Both the position numbers and the translations under genes were made by a program. Shown piece after piece: positions 17,095 to 26,017 of a DNA stretch of 32,245 nucleotides. Within the stretch, counting starts at the first letter, position 1. Every line of letters starts with the position of its first letter. The stretch comes from Deltaproteobacteria bacterium. GTDB lineage: Bacteria > Myxococcota > JACRCW01. Below the pieces are notes generated by a model. That model had not been told where the DNA came from and ran no database searches. It was given only the letters and a program-made list of their open reading frames with translations. The stretch covers positions 1-32,245 of the forward strand of contig JACRCW010000054.1 in the NCBI GenBank assembly GCA_016218805.1. The letters run 5' to 3'.

Positions 17095-17514
17095 ATGGGA
17101 ACACTTGTCATGTTTGCGCTGCTGGCGGCGCAGTATCCCGGTGAGCCGCTGTGGCTTCCCGGCGGCTCCCCCTCGCGTTCCGGCCGCGTGGTTGAGCTGA
17201 GCCAGCCCTGCCCGCGCGTGGTTGCTGCGCTGCGACAGCACTACCGGAACGCGAGTGCCATTGTGTTTGACCGCAGCGACGGGGCGGACCGCCTCCGTTC
17301 CAAGCGTGTGGGGGACGCGTGGGAGCGCGCGGTGCTGGAACCGCGGGACGGCGCGTGCTGCGTGACCATCACGCCCATGTTCCGCGGGGCCGCCGTCGTC
17401 GTGGATGGCGCGCCGCCGCGGTTTGTGACGCTGGTGCTCCACCGCAATGACGAAGCCCGCCGGCAAGCCGCGGACATGGACCACCTGCGCAAGCCGGCCC
17501 GCCCGATCCGGTGA
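17095..17514 (+). CDS. Hypothetical small protein, possibly exported
   Basis: 139-aa ORF filling the gap, with a short hydrophobic N-terminus (LVMFALLAA) and GC-rich third codon positions. Confidence 0.5.
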   Translation: MGTLVMFALLAAQYPGEPLWLPGGSPSRSGRVVELSQPCPRVVAALRQHYRNASAIVFDRSDGADRLRSKRVGDAWERAVLEPRDGACCVTITPMFRGAAVVVDGAPPRFVTLVLHRNDEARRQAADMDHLRKPARPIR

Positions 17515-17626
17515 CCTGCCCCGACGGGGCACCGCTGACTTTCCGACGTCAGCGGTGAGCCGCCACGCTGGACGGGCCTGTGCGGCTGCGACATGCTCTC
17601 GCCTCAGGCGGATGCGCGGAGGTGGG

Positions 17627-20170
17627 ATGCGTAGGCTCGTGGTTCGGCTGGCGTGGGTGGGAGTACTTGCCGGGTGTCCGCGGCCCGTGGACGAGACGGT
17701 CAAGTGCAACTCCACGGCGGACTGCACGCGCGTCCAACGCTGCCAGGACGGCATCTGCGTGCTGGATACCGGCGGGGGCAGTTCCGGTCTGGCTGGCGCG
17801 AGCAGCGGCAGCGCCACGGCGGCGTCCTCGTTGGGCGGGGTGAGCAGCGGATCTGGCGTGTCCAACAGCGGCTGCCCCCCGCAACACATGCGCTGTGATG
17901 GCCTGTGCGTGGACCCCGCCACCGACGAGATCTTCTGCGGCGCTTCCGCGGACTGTCTGGGCACCCACCGCGGGCAGATCTGCGTGGGGGAGGTGTGCGT
18001 TGCGGGAGCCTGCGTGTCGGGCTGCCCGTCGGAATACGGACTGGTCCAATGTTCCACGGCGTCCGGGACGGGCACGTACTGCGTGGATCCCGCCAGCAGC
18101 ACGGTGTTCTGCGGCGCGCATGATGACTGCGCCGGCACCAACGCGGGCGCCACCTGTGCGGAAGGCGGTACGTGCGTGGGAGGTACGTGCAGTTGCCCGG
18201 ACGGCGGGCGTGACTGCAACGGCGCCTGCGTACCCGGTGCGGCCTGTTGCACCACAACGGAGTGCTCGGCGGGCAGGCAGTGCCTGGGCGTGCCGGACGC
18301 GGGCCACAAGACCTGCGCGTGCCAACCTGGGGACGTGGACTGCGCGGGAACCTGCGTGAGCAACCAGGGATGTTGCAGCAACGCGGACTGCACCGGCGGC
18401 CGCATCTGTGGTGCGCCGGTGGTGGCGGGCGCCGGCCTCATCCGTCGCTGCGAATGCCCGGCGGGACAATCCCTCTGCAACGGGACCTGCTCAGTCAACG
18501 CGGGCTGCTGCGCGGCGGCGGACTGCGCGCCCGGCCAACAGTGCGTGCCCCCCGGTGACGGCGGAACCGCAATGATCTGTGTGTGTCCGGGCGGCACGTT
18601 TTGTGAGCCTTTGGCCCAATGCGTGGCGGCCGGAGCCTGCTGCCGCAACGCCGACTGCAGCGGCGGGCACGCGTGCCTTGCCGGGGCGGACGCGGGACCC
18701 TCCTGCGTGTGTCCGCTTGGAACGCGGGAGTGCCAGGGCGCCTGCCTGGCCACGGACCGCTGCTGCCTGGACGCGGAATGCACCGGCGGCCGGACCTGCC
18801 AGTCCAACAACTGCCTGTGCCCTGCGGGGACCCGCCTGTGCGGCAGCGCGTGCGTCCCGCTGGACCGTTGCTGCACGCAGCCCCAGGACTGCCCGGCGGG
18901 CCAGACCTGCCCCGCCGACGGAGCCTCCTGCCAGTGCACGGGCGGCGGCGAAGGCTGTGGGACCGGGTGCATCCCCGCCGGGACGTGCTGTTCCACCGTG
19001 GCCAGTTGCACCGGGGGCAAGGTCTGCACCGCTCCCGGTTCCACATGCACCTGCCCGTCGCCCACCCGGGAGTGCGGCGGGACGTGCATCCCCGCGGCGT
19101 CCTGCTGCGTGGATGCGGACTGCGGCGGCGGTCAGGTGTGCCCCAGCCCAGGCGCCACGTGCGCGTGCGCGGCCGGCACGCGCCTGTGCAACGCGGCGTG
19201 CATCCCGGACGGAACCTGCTGCTCCAGTACAGACTGCGGCGGTGGGAAGACGTGCGCCGCCCCGGGTGCAACCTGCGCCTGCCCGTCGACAAAGTACGAT
19301 TGCGCGGGAACTTGCGTGGCCAGCGGGACCTGCTGCAACGCGCCGGACACCTGCGTTGCCACCCAGCACTGCCCGGCACCCGGCGGGACCTGCGTGGCCA
19401 ACTGCGCCGCCAATGCGGGGGATGCGTGTGGAAGTTGCGGCGGCATCGTCCAATGCGACGGTTCCTGTTCCGTCGCCACGCCGGGGAATTACGCGCAAAC
19501 CTGCGGCAGCTGCGGTGGCACGTATCAATGCAACGGTTCCTGTTCCGTCGCCACACCGGGGAATTACGCGCAAAGCTGCGGCAGCTGCGGCGGCACCATC
19601 CAATGCGACGGTTCCTGTTCCGTCGCCACACCGGGGAATTACGCGCAAAGCTGCGGCAGCTGCGGCGGCACCATCCAGTGTGACGGCAACTGTTCCGTGG
19701 CCACGCCGGGGAATTACGCGCAAACCTGCGGCAGCTGCGGGGGCACCATCCAGTGTGGCGGCAACTGCTCCGTGGGGACGCCCGCAAACTACGGCCAGAA
19801 CTGCGGCAGCTGCGGTGGCACGTATCAATGCAACGGTTCCTGCTCCGTTGCCACGCCGGGGAACTACGGTGTGGCCTGCGGCAGCTGTGGCGGCACCATC
19901 CAGTGTGACGGCAACTGCTCCGTGGGGACGCCGTCCAACTACGGTGATCCGTGCGGCTGCTATGGGACCATCCAGTGCAACGGGTCGTGTTCGCAGGCGG
20001 CGTGTGGAGCCGGATTCTCCTGCTACGGCGGCGGCTGCAATCCCACGGCGGAATGGCCGTGCGGCGGCGCGGGCGGTTGGAATTGCGGCGGAACCAAGCA
20101 CTGCTGCGGTCAGGGCGAACCCGGGACGGATTCGCACGGGTGCATGAACAACGGCCTCAACTGCTATTGA
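17627..20170 (+). CDS. Cysteine-rich repeat lipoprotein (myxobacterial type)
   Basis: GGAGG RBS, MRRLVVRLAWVGVLAGC lipobox; two CVDPxxxxxFCG modules, about ten 8-Cys repeats and 7+ 25-aa repeats. Confidence 0.85.
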   Translation: MRRLVVRLAWVGVLAGCPRPVDETVKCNSTADCTRVQRCQDGICVLDTGGGSSGLAGASSGSATAASSLGGVSSGSGVSNSGCPPQHMRCDGLCVDPATDEIFCGASADCLGTHRGQICVGEVCVAGACVSGCPSEYGLVQCSTASGTGTYCVDPASSTVFCGAHDDCAGTNAGATCAEGGTCVGGTCSCPDGGRDCNGACVPGAACCTTTECSAGRQCLGVPDAGHKTCACQPGDVDCAGTCVSNQGCCSNADCTGGRICGAPVVAGAGLIRRCECPAGQSLCNGTCSVNAGCCAAADCAPGQQCVPPGDGGTAMICVCPGGTFCEPLAQCVAAGACCRNADCSGGHACLAGADAGPSCVCPLGTRECQGACLATDRCCLDAECTGGRTCQSNNCLCPAGTRLCGSACVPLDRCCTQPQDCPAGQTCPADGASCQCTGGGEGCGTGCIPAGTCCSTVASCTGGKVCTAPGSTCTCPSPTRECGGTCIPAASCCVDADCGGGQVCPSPGATCACAAGTRLCNAACIPDGTCCSSTDCGGGKTCAAPGATCACPSTKYDCAGTCVASGTCCNAPDTCVATQHCPAPGGTCVANCAANAGDACGSCGGIVQCDGSCSVATPGNYAQTCGSCGGTYQCNGSCSVATPGNYAQSCGSCGGTIQCDGSCSVATPGNYAQSCGSCGGTIQCDGNCSVATPGNYAQTCGSCGGTIQCGGNCSVGTPANYGQNCGSCGGTYQCNGSCSVATPGNYGVACGSCGGTIQCDGNCSVGTPSNYGDPCGCYGTIQCNGSCSQAACGAGFSCYGGGCNPTAEWPCGGAGGWNCGGTKHCCGQGEPGTDSHGCMNNGLNCY
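19427..19993 (+). repeat. Intragenic 75-bp tandem repeat, 7 full copies + 1 partial
   Basis: Units start at 19427, 19502, 19577, 19652, 19727, 19802, 19877 and 19952; consensus CGSCGGTIQCDGSCSVATPGNYAQx. Confidence 0.95.
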
Positions 20171-20191
20171 CCCGCGCGCGGGTTTCTCAAC

Positions 20192-20512
20192 TCAGTTGGG
20201 CCACGTTTCCGGCGGGAGCCTGTAGACCGCCAGGAACGCCACCGGGCCTTCACACGCAAACAGGAACTCGCCCTCGGGAACGTCGACGAGATCACCGGGC
20301 TCCACCACCTGTTTGTCACCGGCCACCGCGATGAGGAACCGGCCCTGGAGGCCCACCAGCGTGCGCCCCTCCGCTTCGCCGGCAAAGCGCGAGGCCTCCG
20401 GAATCTCACGCCGGAAGACCCGGTACTTGTATTCCGGCTGGTAGAGGGCGCGCGCGGACTCTTCGCCCAGCGGCCCGTCCTTGTCCAACCAACGGCGGAC
20501 TTTCATGGGCAT
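20192..20512 (-). CDS. Small cupin-like protein
   Basis: 106 aa; LQGRFLIAV...VVEPGDLVDVPEG resembles cupin motif 2; start overlaps the upstream stop (TGATG). Confidence 0.6.
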   Translation of the reverse strand: MPMKVRRWLDKDGPLGEESARALYQPEYKYRVFRREIPEASRFAGEAEGRTLVGLQGRFLIAVAGDKQVVEPGDLVDVPEGEFLFACEGPVAFLAVYRLPPETWPN

Positions 20513-21009
20513 CACCCCTTCTTGGGGCCCGGGTTGTTGAGGATGCCGCGCACCCGCTCCGTGAGGCCCTGTGCGGGATGGGCCGGCCCCGAAGCATCCA
20601 CCGGGGCCGGATTCTTCACGCGCGCCATTCCCACCAGCGTCACGCCGGACTGCACCCCGGTGGCCATCACTTCCTGGAGCAGGCGGTCCTTCACGTCGTC
20701 AGGCAGCGTGTCCACCATGGCGGGAAGGCGGACATTGACGCCCAGTTTCTGTTCGCGCTTCTTGAGGAACAGCAGGACGGCGGCCACCTCACCGCTCTTT
20801 ACTTTGGGATTGGCGGCCAGGTGCTCCCCCACCGGCCCCAGGTCCAGGGTGCCGTCCCGGAACAGCCGTTCCCACTGGTCTGAAATGAACGCGATCACCT
20901 GGCTGACGTCCACACGGGCCGCCATGGTGGAGGTCCGCATGATGGTGAGCATGACGCCCAGCAGCGTGCTCTTGAACAATTCTGACGACGGACCGCGGGG
21001 CGCGCTCAT
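20512..21009 (-). CDS. Hypothetical protein
   Basis: 165 aa from MSAPRGPSSELFKS; normal composition; translationally coupled to the cupin-like gene. Confidence 0.6.
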   Translation of the reverse strand: MSAPRGPSSELFKSTLLGVMLTIMRTSTMAARVDVSQVIAFISDQWERLFRDGTLDLGPVGEHLAANPKVKSGEVAAVLLFLKKREQKLGVNVRLPAMVDTLPDDVKDRLLQEVMATGVQSGVTLVGMARVKNPAPVDASGPAHPAQGLTERVRGILNNPGPKKG

Positions 21010-21151
21010 GGAAGCCAGGACCCTACCACGGGCGGGCAGCGGCTGCCCGTGCACCGTGTGGCGCGCCGCCTTGATTTGCGCGGGCCGGCCCTCTATCGGC
21101 GTCGGCATCGCGCGGCCCCGGGCGGGGCGGCGCTGGGACAAGGAGAAAGCA

Positions 21152-22972
21152 ATGCGCATGAATCGCTGGCTGGGCATGGCGTTGGTTTCCGCGCTCGCAC
21201 TGGGCGCGGGTTGCACCGGAACCTCGGATGATGATGATTCCTCGTCTTCCTCGTCGTCTACGGGCGGTACCTCAGGAGGATCCTCCGGAAACGTGACCTC
21301 CAGCAGCCACGCGGCGGGTTCCACCAGCGCGGCGGGCGGGTCCTCCAGCGCGGCGGGAACGTCTTCCAGCGCGGCAGGCGGCTCGTCCGGCGCGGTCAGC
21401 ACCTCCGGCGGCAGCAGCGCCGCCGCCACCTCGCAGGGTACCGGGTCATCCACCGCTACCGTGTCGTCGTCCGGTACCGTGGTGCAGAGCTCGTCGGCGG
21501 CGGTGACGTCGTCCTCTGCGGCCCCGCAGTCTTCCTCCACGGTGGCCGCCAGCAGCAGCGGCGTCACCGTTTCCTCCAGCGGCACCACCACGGTGTCCTC
21601 CAGCGGCGGCGGTGCATCCTCCACGGGCACGGCCAGTTCCGGCGGGTCCACGGGTGACGGCATTGCGGCCGCACGCGCCGCGGCGGATGGCACCGGGTTG
21701 TCACTGCCGGTGAGCTCAGTCGTCGTGACGTACCTGAAGAATGATCCGGAAGGCCCGGGCTTCTTCATCCAGTCCCAGACGGCCGGCGGCCCGGCGCTGT
21801 ACGTGCACGTGGACCCGGCCTCGCTCACGCCCTCCCCCGCCGTGGGGAACGTGGTTTCCATGACCATCACGGACATGGGCACCACCGGCGGTCAGCGCCG
21901 CGCGCTCGCGGTGTCCGGCGTGGTGGTGAACTCCACCGGCTTTAACGTGGGGTCGCTGGTGCAGGACGCCACCGCAGTGGATCTCGTCGCGCAGCTGGAC
22001 GCGCATGAAAGCGAGCTGGTCACCGTGTCCGGCTCCATTGCCAGTGCGCAGGGCACCGCCGGTACGGGGTTCCGCGCGTACCAAATCACCACCACGGGCG
22101 TGGCCGCGCCCTCCAACGCGTTCCGGCTGCGCATGCCGGACACGGTGGGCTCCGCGCTGGGCACCATTGCGGCCGGATGCAGCTTCACCGCCACCGCCAC
22201 GCCGCTGTGGCGCTTCAACACGGACGCGCAGGTGCAGGTGTGGCAGACCAGTGAACTGAGCATCACCAACTGCCCCTCCGCCGGTGCGGCGCGCCTGGCC
22301 GTCAACGAGTTCAACACCAACATTGCCAACGGCTGCGACATCATTGAGCTGCGCGTGGTCACCGGCGGGGACCTGAGCGGGTACACGGTGCAGGCGGGCG
22401 GCCCCACGGCTCCCGTGCTCACCTTCCCCAGCTTCAATGTTGCCAAGAACGACTTCATCCTGGTGCACACCGGCACGGGCACCAACATGGTCTCCTGCGG
22501 TGGCGCCGCGTCCGGCACGGTGGTGCCCACCAACGAAACCACCGCCAAGACGGACGTGCCGCCGGCCACGGCACCGGCCAACTCGGACAGCGCGTGGGAT
22601 TTCTGGACGGGCGCGGGCGGCCTCACCAACACCACCAACATTGTGCTGGTTGCGGACAACCTTGGCGCGGTGCAGGACGCCGTGGCCTGGTGGGACGGCG
22701 CCGCAACCAGCGTGAACAGCACCACCACGGGCCTGATGGCCATTGCCAATGGCGGCACCACGCCGCAGTGGGTGGACGTGAACGGCAACGCGGCAGTGAC
22801 CAGCCCGGTGGCCAGCTACACGGATGCCGCGGTTTCCGGCGCGGCCGGCAACACGCGCACGGGAGACTCCGCCCAGCGTCCCTCTGACGCGGACACCAAC
22901 CGGAAGGCGGACTGGGGCGTCGCCGCGCCGACGTGGGGCGCGCTGAACGCCGGTCAGTCCATCCTTCCCTGA
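21152..22972 (+). CDS. Secreted lipoprotein with Ser/Gly/Thr linker, OB-fold-like region and lamin-tail-like domain
   Basis: AGGAG RBS; LALGAGC lipobox; long S/G/T tract; GFFIQ..G.ALYV and ESELVTV (OB-like); LAVNEF...DIIELRV (LTD-like). Confidence 0.75.
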   Translation: MRMNRWLGMALVSALALGAGCTGTSDDDDSSSSSSSTGGTSGGSSGNVTSSSHAAGSTSAAGGSSSAAGTSSSAAGGSSGAVSTSGGSSAAATSQGTGSSTATVSSSGTVVQSSSAAVTSSSAAPQSSSTVAASSSGVTVSSSGTTTVSSSGGGASSTGTASSGGSTGDGIAAARAAADGTGLSLPVSSVVVTYLKNDPEGPGFFIQSQTAGGPALYVHVDPASLTPSPAVGNVVSMTITDMGTTGGQRRALAVSGVVVNSTGFNVGSLVQDATAVDLVAQLDAHESELVTVSGSIASAQGTAGTGFRAYQITTTGVAAPSNAFRLRMPDTVGSALGTIAAGCSFTATATPLWRFNTDAQVQVWQTSELSITNCPSAGAARLAVNEFNTNIANGCDIIELRVVTGGDLSGYTVQAGGPTAPVLTFPSFNVAKNDFILVHTGTGTNMVSCGGAASGTVVPTNETTAKTDVPPATAPANSDSAWDFWTGAGGLTNTTNIVLVADNLGAVQDAVAWWDGAATSVNSTTTGLMAIANGGTTPQWVDVNGNAAVTSPVASYTDAAVSGAAGNTRTGDSAQRPSDADTNRKADWGVAAPTWGALNAGQSILP

Positions 22973-23114
22973 CCCCGCTGCATCCCGCGGTGCGCGCCCA
23001 ACTCGCGCGCACTGCGGGAGGGCCGGGTTGCGCTGGCAACGGCTGAACAGTGGCCATGCCCGCCTTTGCACGTTGAGGTTGTGCCGGCCCGTACGCGCGG
23101 GAAGGGCAAGCCCG

Positions 23115-23151
23115 CCTTGAAAGTTGGGAGGCAGCCTCCCGGTTTTCAAGG
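23115..23151. promoter_or_regulatory. 37-bp palindromic box A (putative operator)
   Basis: CCTTGAAAgttGGGAGGCaGCCTCCCggtTTTCAAGG dyad; 29/37 identical to box B. Confidence 0.55.
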
Positions 23152-23447
23152 TGTCAGGATACGTGCGCCTGCCCTCCCCGCCTGCGCGTGACGACGACGT
23201 ACGAGCGCGCGCCACACGGAGGGTCAACAGCGGATGCCCAGCGCGCCAGGGAACCGCGGGTTCTCCGGCGCGGGTCTTGGCAGGGCGCACCCAGGTCAGC
23301 GCCATGCACGCGGGTGCGGCGGTGAGCGGCCACATTCGTGTCCTCGCGTCGCGGCGCTCCGCGTCGGCCCACGCGCCGGCACGGGCTCGCCAGGAGGCGC
23401 GCCCCCGAAAGGCCCCATGGACGAAGAGGGACGAACCCGTCCCCGGA

Positions 23448-23484
23448 CCTTGAAATTTGGGAATCAGTATCCCTATTTTCAATG
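23448..23484. promoter_or_regulatory. 37-bp palindromic box B just before the ATPase start
   Basis: CCTTGAAATTTGGGAATCAGTATCCCTATTTTCAATG; AT-rich dyad ending 5 bp before the ATG at 23490. Confidence 0.55.
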
Positions 23485-23489
23485 TGACC

Positions 23490-24650
23490 ATGAAACGCAT
23501 CCGTGCGCTCCGCGCCGTCCGGGAACTGTTCCGGACCCATCCGGTGGTGACCCTGGTAGGCCCGCGGCAGTGTGGGAAGACCACGCTGGCGCGGGAACTT
23601 GCGCGGGGCCCTGGGTTCAAGGGCGGGCCGGCAACGCGGTTTGACCTGGAGGACCCCGTGGACCTGGCCCGCCTGGCCAACCCGCGGCTGGCCCTGGAGA
23701 ACGCTTCCGGCCTGATCATTATTGACGAGGTGCAGCGCCGGCCCGACCTGTTCCCTCTCCTCCGCGTCCTGGTGGATCAGCGCCGTCCGCGGAAGTTCCT
23801 CATCCTGGGCAGCGCGTCCGGCGGCCTGCTGCGCCAGAACAGCGAGTCCCTGGCAGGCCGTTCAGCCTTCCTGGAGCTGACGCCCTTCTCCCACCACGAG
23901 GTCGTTGGCCTGGACCGGCTCTGGCTGCGCGGCGGCTACCCCCGCGCGTGGCTGGCGCGCACCGACGCAGACGCTTTCACGTGGTTGTCCCAGTACGTGA
24001 CCACGTTCCTGGAGCGGGACATCCCGGCGTTGGGTCTCCGCATCCCGCCGGTGGCGCTGCGGCGCCTGTGGATGATGCTGACGCACACGCACGGCCAGAT
24101 CCTCAACCGGTCAGACCTGGGACGCGCCATGGGCCTGGACCACAAGACGGTGGCGAATTACCTGGACGTGCTGACCTCCGGGTTCATGGTTCGGCAGCTG
24201 CAACCGTGGTTTGCCAACGTGAGCAAGCGACAGGTCAAAGCACCCAAGCTCTATTTCCGGGACTCCGGCCTGTTGCACCAGTTGCTCGGCGTGCGCTCAC
24301 GGGCCGCGCTGGACGTCCACCCGAGCGTGGGCGCGTCATGGGAGGGGTTTGCCCTGGAGTGCGTCATCCGCGAGCTGGGCCTTGGGCCCACGGAGGTCTT
24401 CTTCTGGTCCACGCACGCAGGCGCCGAGTTGGACCTTTTTGCGCACGTCAACGGGAGCCCCTACGGGTTTGAGATGAAGCGGGCGGACGCGCCCGTCCTC
24501 ACGCCGTCCATGCGCATTGTGCTGGAGGACCTCAAGCTCCGCCACCTGTTTGTCATCTTCCCGGGGAACACCACCTACCCGCTGCATGACCGGGTGACCG
24601 CCCTGGGGTTGGGGCTGCTGGACCGCCGCCTCTCCCGGTTGTTGCGCTGA
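23490..24650 (+). CDS. AAA+ ATPase, AAA_14 + DUF4143 family
   Basis: GPRQCGKTT Walker A, IIIDEVQR Walker B, LGSAS, ESLAGR, RGGYP, KAPKLYFRDSGL, C-terminal ELDL...FEMK PD-(D/E)xK-like motif. Confidence 0.9.
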   Translation: MKRIRALRAVRELFRTHPVVTLVGPRQCGKTTLARELARGPGFKGGPATRFDLEDPVDLARLANPRLALENASGLIIIDEVQRRPDLFPLLRVLVDQRRPRKFLILGSASGGLLRQNSESLAGRSAFLELTPFSHHEVVGLDRLWLRGGYPRAWLARTDADAFTWLSQYVTTFLERDIPALGLRIPPVALRRLWMMLTHTHGQILNRSDLGRAMGLDHKTVANYLDVLTSGFMVRQLQPWFANVSKRQVKAPKLYFRDSGLLHQLLGVRSRAALDVHPSVGASWEGFALECVIRELGLGPTEVFFWSTHAGAELDLFAHVNGSPYGFEMKRADAPVLTPSMRIVLEDLKLRHLFVIFPGNTTYPLHDRVTALGLGLLDRRLSRLLR

Positions 24651-24669
24651 GCCGCCAGTAGCGGCGCGC

Positions 24670-25812
24670 TCACCGCGGGAGCACCGGGTCCTCCTGCAGC
24701 GGCCCAAACGGCGGTAATGCCCATTCTCCAACGGTGAGCCGCGCGAGGAAACGCGCGCGGGCCGCCAGTTCCTTCACATAGAACGGGCTGAACGCGCGCT
24801 CGTGGTCCACGTGGAGAAACGGCGCGTCCACGGCGTGGCACGCGCCGCAGCCCACGATCTCCATGTTGCGGCGCAGGTCCGGGTGCGCCTCCAGCACCGC
24901 GGGCGCCACGCCACTCAGATCCAGCTTCACCCACGGGTAGCCCTGGTTGACCCACTGGAACGGCCCGCGGAACGCCTCCGGGATGAGCGCCCGCCGCGCG
25001 TCCAGCGCTTCCGCGTTCTGCGCCACCCACCTGAGGAACGCCTCCCGCTGCGCGCCACCCACGCCCACCTTCAGCGAATCCGTCTGCTGGAACAGCGGCG
25101 GGTTGGTCAGCGTGCAGGTCCGCCCGGGCGCGCTGCCTTCATCCGTGTTCCACATCCGCCACTCCCAGGGCTGCTGCGTGAATTCCACGCTTTCAGCGGA
25201 CAGGAAGCGTTCCGGGACCAGGCTTTCAGTCACCAGCGCGCGCGCTTCCGCCAGGAACGCTGGCTCCTCCAACGACGACAGCGCTGCCAGGCGGCGCGCC
25301 AGTGTTTTGCAGTCCGTACCCGGCAGGCGGAACAACCACAGGAAATGAATGGGTGCATATACCGGATGCGTGGAGGCCATGGCCACGCGGAATTCACCGC
25401 AATGGCTGGCGCCGTCCGCCAGGTCCGGCCGGTGCACCAGCGCGGTGACCTTCACGGGAAACGCGCCCAGGTCCCACGTGGCCGGGTCCGCCCCGTGCGT
25501 GGCGGCAAAGTCCTCCAACAGCGCGCCGAATGCGGGCCGTTGGGACGCGTCCGTGGTGGTGAACGTGCGCAGCCAGTGTTCCCACAGCACGCCCGCGTTG
25601 CTGCCGGGGCACATGGTGCCCACCACGCGCGGCAGGCCTGCCACCTCCGGGTCATCCAGCAGCGCGGGCTGCGTCCACGTGAGACTGCGCGCGTCATCAA
25701 TGGGCGGAGGCTGATAGCCGTCAGCAGGGTCGCGCAGTCCCGCGTCAACCGCGCCACCGCCCGCGGGCGCACAGCCCCAGGCGGCCAGGAGAAGGAAGAG
25801 GTGGCATCGCAT
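24670..25812 (-). CDS. Hypothetical lipoprotein with a single CxxCH (possible c-type heme) motif
   Basis: MRCHLFLLLAAWGC lipobox-like start (alternative start 25824); CGACH near the C-terminus. Confidence 0.7.
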   Translation of the reverse strand: MRCHLFLLLAAWGCAPAGGGAVDAGLRDPADGYQPPPIDDARSLTWTQPALLDDPEVAGLPRVVGTMCPGSNAGVLWEHWLRTFTTTDASQRPAFGALLEDFAATHGADPATWDLGAFPVKVTALVHRPDLADGASHCGEFRVAMASTHPVYAPIHFLWLFRLPGTDCKTLARRLAALSSLEEPAFLAEARALVTESLVPERFLSAESVEFTQQPWEWRMWNTDEGSAPGRTCTLTNPPLFQQTDSLKVGVGGAQREAFLRWVAQNAEALDARRALIPEAFRGPFQWVNQGYPWVKLDLSGVAPAVLEAHPDLRRNMEIVGCGACHAVDAPFLHVDHERAFSPFYVKELAARARFLARLTVGEWALPPFGPLQEDPVLPR

Positions 25813-26017
25813 GCGCGGCCTCATAGCCGTGGCGTCGTCACGGCGCACCGTGACGGCTGGGAAGGACAGCGGGTGTGCATGCCCGGCCGCGCCGCGCTTG
25901 CGTCCCAGGTCCGCTTGCCGCGGCGCCGTGCGGCGCTGTCCCGCCTTGGAGAACGGATGCGTTGCCCCGGGCTGCGCTTTCCGCCACATTCCGCGGCCCC
26001 CACGCAAGGGACCACCC

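Noticed and set aside
19427..19993. Tandem repeats as a CRISPR array
   Set aside because: Units are contiguous, in-frame 75-bp coding repeats with no unique spacers, and there are no cas genes
23115..23484. Two 37-bp palindromes as CRISPR repeats or IS ends
   Set aside because: Only two copies, 8 mismatches, a 296-bp gap, and no cas gene or transposase
23124..23540. Small ORFs or an ncRNA between the two palindromes
   Set aside because: No RBS, motif or recognisable RNA family; cannot be supported by eye
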